32,000 nucleotides of DNA from Thermofilum adornatum (GTDB lineage Archaea; Thermoproteota; Thermoprotei; Thermofilales; Thermofilaceae), in NCBI RefSeq assembly GCF_000446015.1, contig NC_022093.1, forward strand, positions 240,001 to 272,000. Direction: 5' to 3'. The notes under the pieces are model-generated. The model worked only from the letters and a program-made list of their open reading frames with translations. It ran no database searches and was not told where the DNA came from. Position numbers and translations under genes: made by a program. Positions within the stretch are counted from its first letter, which is position 1, and every line of letters begins with the position of its first letter. Shown one piece after another: positions 25,604-32,000 of this stretch.

Positions 25604-25989
25604 GCAGAAAGGAAAGGTTTGGAGTCTCTATGGATAAAGAACTCTTCGAGGAGTTGACAGATCTTTGCAGAGCCCTCAAAACTGACCGTTCACACATTGT
25701 GAACATGGCTACAAGGTACTTTATCCTTGAGAAGTTTCACTATGCGAAGCCGCATCAATGCGAGGGCGTAATGATTATGGGTTATCACCATGAAAAAGGC
25801 GAGGAGGTCAATAGCATAGTAGAAAAATACAGAGAGTTAATTCTCGGCAGGAGCCATTTCCACACTATGGACGATAATTGCTTGGAGGTTCTCTTTGTAC
25901 GAGGGGATTCTGAAAGAATTTTCTCGCTTGAAAAAGAGGTCGAGAATTATTGTGTAATGTGTAGATATATTCCTAGCCACAAACCATAA
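25600..25989 (+). CDS. nikR: NikR-family nickel-responsive ribbon-helix-helix regulator
   Basis: N-terminal RHH (RFGVSMDKELFEELTDL...RSHIVNMATRYFI). C-terminal ACT-like domain with SHFHTMDDNCLEVLFVRGD (HxHx5C, as in the E. coli NikR high-affinity Ni site) and upstream GYHHEKG. ATGA overlap with the permease stop. Confidence 0.8.
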   Translation: MSRKERFGVSMDKELFEELTDLCRALKTDRSHIVNMATRYFILEKFHYAKPHQCEGVMIMGYHHEKGEEVNSIVEKYRELILGRSHFHTMDDNCLEVLFVRGDSERIFSLEKEVENYCVMCRYIPSHKP

Positions 25990-25992
25990 CTA

Positions 25993-26586
25993 TTATTTGC
26001 AGACATCCATTAATTCCTTTTCTAGCCTGTGAAGCCTCTCCTTGCCCCTTGTAAGCATGAAGTTAGCTATATCTACGAGCGTCGGAAGCTTCTCGAGGTC
26101 GATTATGTTCTCGCCCTGGTATCTTAGCGGAACTTCCAGCTTCTCCATGGACATTATTTCCACTACTATTCTCTTGCCGAGACCCTGTATGCCGCTATGC
26201 TTAAATCCAGTGTTCCGTGCGGTAACTACCAGCTTCCAGGCAACCTTCAGGTTTTTTGCTACAATGTGGAAGATCGGTGGATGAACCGAGAGCCAGAGAG
26301 ATGGATAGTCACAATTTGCGAGGACAAAGTTTAGCTCCTCTGTGCTTATTGTCCTGTGCCATTTAGCTATCACCAATATTTCTCCTTTTGCTCCTGGATA
26401 CTGACCAGCTGACAATTGTATTCTCCCGCTACAACTGGACGTCGTATAACAGTTGCTAGTGGAGTTGACTTTTTTCAAGAAGTCTACTATGTCTTGATCT
26501 ACGCGTCCCTCCTGAAGATGTATCTCAAATTGCTTCAGTGCTTTGGAGCGATAATATTCCCACTTATCATCCAGTCTGGTTTTCAT
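25993..26586 (-). CDS. taw3: tRNA wyosine-derivative methyltransferase Taw3 (TYW3 homologue)
   Basis: TYW3 signature VDQDIVDFLKKVNS..NCYTTSSCSGRIQL. About 197 aa, as in archaeal Taw3. Confidence 0.8.
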   Translation of the reverse strand: MKTRLDDKWEYYRSKALKQFEIHLQEGRVDQDIVDFLKKVNSTSNCYTTSSCSGRIQLSAGQYPGAKGEILVIAKWHRTISTEELNFVLANCDYPSLWLSVHPPIFHIVAKNLKVAWKLVVTARNTGFKHSGIQGLGKRIVVEIMSMEKLEVPLRYQGENIIDLEKLPTLVDIANFMLTRGKERLHRLEKELMDVCK

Positions 26587-27314
26587 ATTTGTAGCCTTCT
26601 TAGAGCCTCCAGCCCAGCTTTCATCATTTTTAGCTCTAGTTCTTCTCTGCCTTCGGTCAGTTCGCTACCACTAATCATGTTGTCAACGATTAGGGCCATT
26701 GCCCCCGTCTTTAAGCCGCGATACCTTCCAATCGTAAACAGTGCCGCAGACTCCATCTCCAAAAAATCTATGCCGAGCTTTCCCCATCTGGATGCGTTTT
26801 CCTCGACTTTGTGAAAGGCATCATGCGACAATGCAACTCCCCTATGATACTCGAGGCCCATTTCTCCCAAAACCTCAACTATCTTTAGTGTGACCTCTGG
26901 CGTGGCGTAGGCAGGCATAGAGACCTCTCCAAAATATTGCCTTAAAGTGCCACTATTCTCATATGCTGAAGCCTCTATCACTGCTATTTTTCCAGACTCG
27001 GCTTCAGGCGACAACCCGCCACACGTGCCAGCCCTTATAACAATCTTTGCACCCAACATTGCAAGCTCTTCAAAAACGATGGCGGCCGAGGGGGCGCCTA
27101 TACCGTGGCATGCTAGAGTTATTTTTTCTCCCTTATATGTTCCAGTGATTACTGGGAAACCTCTATGCCTGCTTACGAGTACGGGATCTTCTAGTAGCGA
27201 GGACGCGATCTCTATGCGGTCGGGGTCTCCAGCTACAAGCACTTTAGGAGAGAGTTGTTCAGGCCTGGCCTTCAAGTGATAAACTCGTTTCGAAAGCGGA
27301 TTCCTAAAACTCAT
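26583..27314 (-). CDS. nucleoside phosphorylase, NP-I (hexameric DeoD/uridine phosphorylase/crenarchaeal MTAP-I like) family
   Basis: VLVAGDPDRIEIASSLL, GFPVITGTYKGEKITLACHGIGAPSAAIVFEELAMLGAKIVIRAGTCGGL and FLEMESAALFT are the NP-I family blocks. 4-nt overlaps with both neighbours. Confidence 0.8.
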   Translation of the reverse strand: MSFRNPLSKRVYHLKARPEQLSPKVLVAGDPDRIEIASSLLEDPVLVSRHRGFPVITGTYKGEKITLACHGIGAPSAAIVFEELAMLGAKIVIRAGTCGGLSPEAESGKIAVIEASAYENSGTLRQYFGEVSMPAYATPEVTLKIVEVLGEMGLEYHRGVALSHDAFHKVEENASRWGKLGIDFLEMESAALFTIGRYRGLKTGAMALIVDNMISGSELTEGREELELKMMKAGLEALRRLQI

Positions 27315-28033
27315 AAGTAGTCAACCACATGGAGCTTTAAACCCTTTTCGCCAATGACTAAGACCACAGGTTTAGATCTACGCCAGTAAGGCAGATTTTT
27401 AAACCAATGTTTTTTCCACGAGCCAAGATTTACTATTTTTTCCTTGTCATCCACACCATATATATGCGTATGACCAGCCACAAGCCACCCTGATTCAAGC
27501 CTAATTTTTTCTCGGAACTTCCTCTCTAGGAATAGGTTTTGACCGAGAATCTTTGCAAGATAATTTATGATGAATGCGAGTGCGCCACTCCTGATAATTA
27601 TATCGCCATGGATGACTACGACTTTACCTTTAGAGGTATAGAGCGGAGTTATTTGTCTAGCTACAAACAAGGTTTTTCCGCTAGTGGTCTTCACAATTAA
27701 TTTGTCAAGTATCGGGTCGTGTGAGCTCCCACTTAGAACTATTATTGTTTTCGCGGGTAGACTCTCGATGCTACAAATTTTGCCAAACTCTTTGAAAAAA
27801 AGTTCAGCATCGGCCGCCTCGTGGAAATCGTCGAAAAGGTCCCCGGCAACAACTAGGCATTCGGTGCCTAGCTTAGAGGCAGTCCTAGCTATGGCTTCTA
27901 GCTGGGGACACTTTGAGCCTTTTTTACAATGCATATCAGAAGTCATAAGGGCACTTCTACATGAAATTAGGTCTCCTGTCTTTCTATGGTTGTCACCTTC
28001 CATATTAACAGCCTCTATAGGAATGCGTGACAT
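27311..28033 (-). CDS. calcineurin-like metallophosphoesterase
   Basis: Motifs SDMH (DxH), VVAGDLFDD (GDxxD), GSSHD, VVIHGD, AGHTH. The true start may be an internal Met (M11 or M30). Confidence 0.7.
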   Translation of the reverse strand: MSRIPIEAVNMEGDNHRKTGDLISCRSALMTSDMHCKKGSKCPQLEAIARTASKLGTECLVVAGDLFDDFHEAADAELFFKEFGKICSIESLPAKTIIVLSGSSHDPILDKLIVKTTSGKTLFVARQITPLYTSKGKVVVIHGDIIIRSGALAFIINYLAKILGQNLFLERKFREKIRLESGWLVAGHTHIYGVDDKEKIVNLGSWKKHWFKNLPYWRRSKPVVLVIGEKGLKLHVVDYL

Positions 28034-28072
28034 TTATTATGCGAGGCTGTCTTTTAAAATCTTAGATGAGAC

Positions 28073-29567
28073 ATGAAGGCAAAAATTAGCATATTCATTA
28101 TTGCACTCTTTGCCTTCGCTTTCCTCGAACCGCTACTCACTGCTCAGCCAGCAGGAAACAAGGTAGAGCTGTCTGCATACATAGATGTTTCAAGCGATGG
28201 CAATGCAACTGTAAAGATAGCAATACAATACAAGGGCAGAGCCACATTTTTCATGACTTTGCCAAAGTTTCAGCCAGTATACCTCTGCAACGAGACAGGT
28301 ATTGGCAAGCTTAATATACAGAACGAAACCTCCTCGGCCTATTTCTACTACAACTCAACAATTACAATAAACGACGATAACCCTGGACGACTCGTATTAT
28401 GCTATTCATTCCCAAGCGCCGTTCTAATGGCCGGCACGCGTGGCTGGTTTATGTCTCCTCTCTTGTGGACCAACCTCGACAAAGTAAGCGTCTACGTTAG
28501 TTTGCCCATGGCAAAGAAAATCACATATGAAAGCCCAGTTTCGACATCAATTTCGGGAAATTATAGGGTTTTATACCCTTTCGGCCGGGATTCCTCAAGA
28601 CATAGGAAACAGGGTGACAATAGAGTTCGACCTCAAGGAAAACGTCAAGGAAAACATATTGCAGGAAAAGACCCCGCAGACAATTATAACTGTGAGGTAT
28701 CCAGTCTTCTACAGGAACATTGCTGAAAACACGCTGAAAACTGCTATAAAAAGTATCCAGTACTTAAACAACTTGACGGGAGTCACGCCGAGAAACGTCA
28801 CACTTGTATTTTATCTTCCAGAGAAAAAGATGGGCGGCATATATGCACTGGGCTTCGTACTTGGCGAGGACGTGAATGCTGGTGGTAAGGGCCCAATATA
28901 TCTGAATCTTGCATTGACAAGGTATGCGCCCGGGTATATGGAGACAACAATTATACACGAGCTTGTACATGTTTACCTTGGGATAGTTGGAGTAGAAGCT
29001 AACGATGCTACAAGGTGGTTCCATGAGGGCATGGCACAGTACCTCTCAATAAAGATAGCAGAAGCCATCGGAATAAACGTGTCTGAATATAAGAACGACA
29101 TGTACAATTCTTCTAAAGCGTTATACTACTATACAGGAGGAAAATTTGGATTCATCCAGAAGTGGCCTTCAGACGACGTAAGTGAGCAGGAAGCCTATCT
29201 CGCAAGCTTTTACATCATAGCCAATATCTCAGACAGCCATGGAGGATTATCCTACGCTCAGAGAGTATTCTCAGAATTAAGAAAACACCCCGTATCTACG
29301 AGTAGCGATATTGTAATTGTCCTAAGCCAAGCAGCAGGAAGAAACCTAGCGCCATTTTTCAGAAGCCTAGGTTTCAGCAACATCCAAGACTGGTCACCTA
29401 CGCCAAGTGCTGGAAACACCGTGACAACAAAGGATACACCCACACTGAGTAGCTACATGTCTCTTATAGTAGCCCTAGGGCTCAGCCTCTTAATATTTCT
29501 CGTCGTATACTACGGGAATTTTGAAATCAACCAGAAACTGAAAATGGGCATCTTTGAGATGCTTTAA
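28073..29567 (+). pseudogene. surface-anchored gluzincin (HEXXH-X18-E) metallopeptidase-like glycoprotein gene, interrupted by a +1 frame change
   Basis: Frame A (28073..) encodes a signal peptide (MKAKISIFIIALFAFAFL) and an N-glycosylation-sequon-rich domain, and reads sensibly to ...STSISGNYRV (about 28570) before degenerating into basic junk. Frame B (+1) reads sensibly from ...FYTLSAGIPQDIGNRVTIEF onward. It contains HELVHVYLGIVGVEANDATRWFHE (HEXXH, 18 residues, E), a Thr/Ser-rich linker and a C-terminal TM anchor. The switch maps to GGGTTTT at 28566..28572. Confidence 0.7.
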
Positions 29568-29590
29568 AAAAGAAAACAAAAGAGAAAATA
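29566..29590 (-). terminator. oligo-T archaeal terminator region downstream of ferredoxin gene
   Basis: Immediately after the ferredoxin stop, the minus strand reads ATATTTTCTCTTTTGTTTTCTTTTTTA, with several T4-T6 tracts. This is the usual intrinsic termination signal for archaeal RNAP. Confidence 0.5.
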
Positions 29591-29591
29591 T

Positions 29592-29831
29592 TTATTCGAC
29601 TTTTTCTACCTTTATAATTGAGACTGGGCAGGCTTCTGCCGCGCTTTTGACACAGTCTTCTAGTTCTACGGGTACTTCTCCCTCGCCGAGGTTTCCGCCC
29701 ACACGGTATTTGGCAACAATGGCACTTTTTCCATCGTTTTCGTTCATTTCGAAGACTTCTGGGCAAAGAGAAACACAGGCCATGTCGCTTATGCATTGAT
29801 CCCTATCAATTGTTACCTTTAATTTGGCCAT
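29592..29831 (-). CDS. single-cluster [4Fe-4S] ferredoxin, Pyrococcus furiosus type with Asp ligand
   Basis: DQCISDMACVSLCPEVFEMN...EDCVKSAAEACPVS gives CxxDxxC...CP cluster ligands plus the extra Cys pair (CP...C) seen in P. furiosus Fd. 79 aa. Confidence 0.85.
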   Translation of the reverse strand: MAKLKVTIDRDQCISDMACVSLCPEVFEMNENDGKSAIVAKYRVGGNLGEGEVPVELEDCVKSAAEACPVSIIKVEKVE

Positions 29832-29850
29832 TTTTGTTCGCCGATAGATT

Positions 29851-29860
29851 CTTTTTTAAA
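29851..29860 (-). promoter_or_regulatory. TATA-box-like element for ferredoxin gene (TTTAAAAAAG on minus strand)
   Basis: Located 20-29 nt upstream of the minus-strand ATG at 29831, consistent with a leaderless transcript. Confidence 0.5.
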
Positions 29861-29914
29861 GAAATATAAAATTTTTGCATATATCTCCTATGGGATAAAG
29901 TCTTGTAGAAAAGA

Positions 29915-29924
29915 TTTATAAAAA
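29915..29924 (+). promoter_or_regulatory. TATA-box-like element (TTTATAAAAA), putative ileS promoter
   Basis: Strongest TATA-like sequence on the plus strand in the 221-nt spacer. It predicts a start near 29945-29950, giving a leader of about 105 nt before the ileS ATG at 30053. A purine-rich GGGGTGGAG lies 5-13 nt before the ATG as an SD-like element. Confidence 0.35.
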
Positions 29925-30052
29925 TGTACCTAAGTTGAGGAATGGGGGTGAATTTGCACCGCCAAATTATGTAATTCCCTGGAAGGGCGGATCCCCAACT
30001 AGACATTCTTTAGGCGAAAACATTTTGTATTCATTTTGTGGGGTGGAGTTGT

Positions 30053-32000
30053 ATGATAAAAAGCTTAGAGCAGAAGTTTGATCCTAAAAGGTATGAAGAA
30101 GAGATACTTAGATTCTGGGACGAGAATAAAGTCTACAAGCAAATAAAAGAGAAAAACATGTCTTCGCCCAGAAAGTTCTATTTCCTTGACGGTCCCCCGT
30201 ATCCATCGAGTAATGTTCCACATGTTGGAACGCTCTGGAACAAGATACTTAAAGACTCCATTGTCAGATATTATAGGGCGAGAGGCTATCGGGTTAACGA
30301 CCAGCCCGGGTACGATTGTCACGGCCTGCCCATAGAGGTTCAGATAGAAAAGAGACTTGGATTTAAGACAAAAAAGGAAATAGAAGACTACGGCGTTGAA
30401 AGGTTCATCGAGGAGTGTAAGAATTTTGCAAAGAGAAACCTCGAAGAAATGAACCTGCACTTCAAGAATTTCGGAGTTTCTATGGACTGGGATAATCCCT
30501 ACCTTACAATGAACAATGAATACATAGAGAGCGCGTGGTGGCTAGTCAAGAAGGCAGAAGAAAAGGGGTTACTCGACTATGGTTTAAAGGTTGTTCATTG
30601 GTGCCCAAGATGTGAAACCACTCTAGCAGACTACGAGGTGACCGAATACAAGGAGCTTGAAGATCCATCGATCTACGTAAAGTTCCCAGTTGCCGGCGAG
30701 AAAAACAAGTATCTCTTGATATGGACTACCACGCCTTGGACTCTGCCCGCAAACGTAGCAGTAATGGCTCATCCGGACCTGGAATACGTTTGGGTAGAAG
30801 TCAACGGCGAAGAATTGCTCATGCTATCTACACGGGTCAGTGAAGTGATGAAGGAAGCCGGGATTCAAAACTACAGAGTTGTGAAAAGCGTCAAGGGAAA
30901 AGACCTCGAGGGGTTAAAATATATTCATCCCCTAGAGGAGGAAGTAACAATACAGAAATTACTGAGAGACTACCATAGGGTAGTTCTGTCAAGCGAATAT
31001 GTGACTTCTGAAGAGGGTACAGGGCTAGTTCATATGGCGACTGGCCATGGAGAAGAAGACTACAAGGTTGGAGTTGATCATGGATTTCCCGTTTTCTCTA
31101 TTCTTGATGATAAAGGCGTAATGGTGAAGGATGCAGGAAAGTATGCTGGAATCTATCATCGAGACGCCAACAGCCTCATAGTGGAGGATCTAAAGAAGAA
31201 GGGTTACTTGTTCCATTATGGAACAATCAAGCACAGGTATCCCGTCTGTTGGAGATGCAAGACTCCGCTGGTTCTCAGAGCTACCCGGCAATGGTACATT
31301 AGGGTAACACAGCTTAAAGAAAAGTTCCTAGAGGAGGCATACAACGTTGACTGGGTTCCAAAGTGGGCTGGTTATTCGAGGTTTAAGAACTGGTTGCAGG
31401 GGCTCAGAGACTGGATTATCTCTAGGCAGAGGTATTGGGGGACACCTGCCCCTATATGGATATGTGATAAGTGCGGGCATAGGGTTGTAGTTGGCTCTAG
31501 GAAAGAGCTGGAGGGGCTTGCCGGCCAAAAGCTGGAGCTGAAGGATCTCCACAAGCCATGGGTTGACAGAATAACATTGAAGTGTCCCAAGTGTGGAGGA
31601 GAGATGCACAGGGTACCAGATGTCCTTGATGTTTGGCTCGACAGTGGAGTCGCTTTTTATGCGTCGCTGGGCTACCCTCGGAGACGCGAGCTTTTCGATT
31701 CATTAATGCCTGTAGACCTCATAATAGAGGGGCACGACCAGATAGCTGGATGGTTCTTCTCGACGCTTAGAAGTGGTCTGATAACTATTGACAAATGTCC
31801 CTACAAGAGAGTCTTGATGCATGGATTCGCGCTGGACGAGCAGGGTAGAGAGATGCATAAGTCGCTGGGAAACTATGTGGAGCCCCGGCAGATACTGGAA
31901 TATGAATACGGCTCTAGAGACGTATTTAGATGGTTTGTACTGAAGAACACTATATGGGAAGACCTGAGGTTCTCTTGGGCTGGACTACAGGAGACATATT
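30053..32000 (+). CDS. ileS: isoleucyl-tRNA synthetase, N-terminal about 649 aa (continues past window end)
   Basis: My own translation from ATG 30053: [30 protein letters not shown]...[27 protein letters not shown]...[16 protein letters not shown]...[16 protein letters not shown]...ICDKCGH...CPKCGG...EMHKSLGN (KMSKS-type). The frame stays open to 32000, so it is not in the ORF track. The [10 protein letters not shown] and WCPRCET blocks are IleRS-typical. Confidence 0.85.
   Translation, partial: MIKSLEQKFDPKRYEEEILRFWDENKVYKQIKEKNMSSPRKFYFLDGPPYPSSNVPHVGTLWNKILKDSIVRYYRARGYRVNDQPGYDCHGLPIEVQIEKRLGFKTKKEIEDYGVERFIEECKNFAKRNLEEMNLHFKNFGVSMDWDNPYLTMNNEYIESAWWLVKKAEEKGLLDYGLKVVHWCPRCETTLADYEVTEYKELEDPSIYVKFPVAGEKNKYLLIWTTTPWTLPANVAVMAHPDLEYVWVEVNGEELLMLSTRVSEVMKEAGIQNYRVVKSVKGKDLEGLKYIHPLEEEVTIQKLLRDYHRVVLSSEYVTSEEGTGLVHMATGHGEEDYKVGVDHGFPVFSILDDKGVMVKDAGKYAGIYHRDANSLIVEDLKKKGYLFHYGTIKHRYPVCWRCKTPLVLRATRQWYIRVTQLKEKFLEEAYNVDWVPKWAGYSRFKNWLQGLRDWIISRQRYWGTPAPIWICDKCGHRVVVGSRKELEGLAGQKLELKDLHKPWVDRITLKCPKCGGEMHRVPDVLDVWLDSGVAFYASLGYPRRRELFDSLMPVDLIIEGHDQIAGWFFSTLRSGLITIDKCPYKRVLMHGFALDEQGREMHKSLGNYVEPRQILEYEYGSRDVFRWFVLKNTIWEDLRFSWAGLQETY

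Noticed and set aside
28527-28570. Independent start (MKAQFRHQFREII) for the second peptidase ORF
   Set aside because: This stretch reads poorly as protein, whereas the overlapping frame (TYESPVSTSISGNYRV) continues the upstream domain. A single interrupted gene is the simpler interpretation.
29527-29799. 89-aa (minus) and 81-aa (plus) ORFs overlapping the ferredoxin gene
   Set aside because: The Arg/Lys/Cys-rich and Ser/Thr-rich sequences are frame-shifted shadows of the ferredoxin CDS, which has unambiguous cluster motifs.
30065-30460. 131-aa minus-strand ORF listed in the track
   Set aside because: It lies entirely antisense to the strongly supported ileS reading frame ([20 protein letters not shown]). 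Its sequence is hydrophobic and low-complexity, with no motif. It is a shadow ORF.
31328-31703. Three overlapping minus-strand ORFs (93, 72 and 68 aa)
   Set aside because: All are antisense to ileS, and they overlap one another in different frames. Their composition is Pro/Leu/Ser/Ala-rich, typical of antisense translation.
1-32000. Search by eye for CRISPR arrays, rRNA, tRNA, IS elements and long tandem or inverted repeats
   Set aside because: No spaced direct repeats, no transposase-like ORF, and no spacer long enough for rRNA. All spacers over 100 nt were read on both strands, and only the small-RNA candidates and operator array reported above stood out. A computational scan (tRNAscan, Infernal, repeat finder) would be needed for certainty.

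Overview
The window reads as a compact, gene-dense chromosomal segment of a hyperthermophilic archaeon. A Desulfurococcales-like crenarchaeon is an inference from gene content, about 45% GC, and TATA boxes roughly 25 nt upstream of many start codons. I found about 40 protein genes and no rRNA, tRNA, CRISPR array or IS element.

Archaea-typical genes recognised by eye:
- AMP phosphorylase
- tungsten-type aldehyde:ferredoxin oxidoreductase with a MoaD-like Gly-Gly protein
- CTP-type riboflavin kinase fused to a wHTH domain
- archaemetzincin
- XerA
- ADP-forming acetyl-CoA synthetase beta subunit
- enolase
- Taw3
- Pyrococcus-type Asp-ligated ferredoxin
- biotin carboxylase
- aminopropyltransferase
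- a 5' partial ileS that is missing from the ORF track because it runs off the window end

Most noteworthy observations:
1. A divergent TroA/ZnuA-type metal ABC importer locus ends in a NikR gene with an intact HxHx5C nickel site. Its control region carries four mirror-arranged copies of the palindrome TGTGCACA.
2. A canonical C/D box sRNA with its own TATA box lies in the 11.1-11.35 kb spacer. A weaker second candidate lies at 22.9 kb.
3. A surface-anchored HEXXH-X18-E peptidase gene is split by a +1 frame change at a G3T4 run.
4. Several tightly coupled operons have unexplained membership: aor-moaD-like-V4R-like-YkgJ, unknown-BFN nuclease-xerA, and phosphoesterase-nucleoside phosphorylase-taw3. 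A further linked cluster comprises polyprenyl synthase-UbiE-like methyltransferase and PadR-GGR-like.
5. A GC-rich structured island lies in a predicted long leader upstream of ileS.

All family calls rest on motif recognition by eye. No database search was run.
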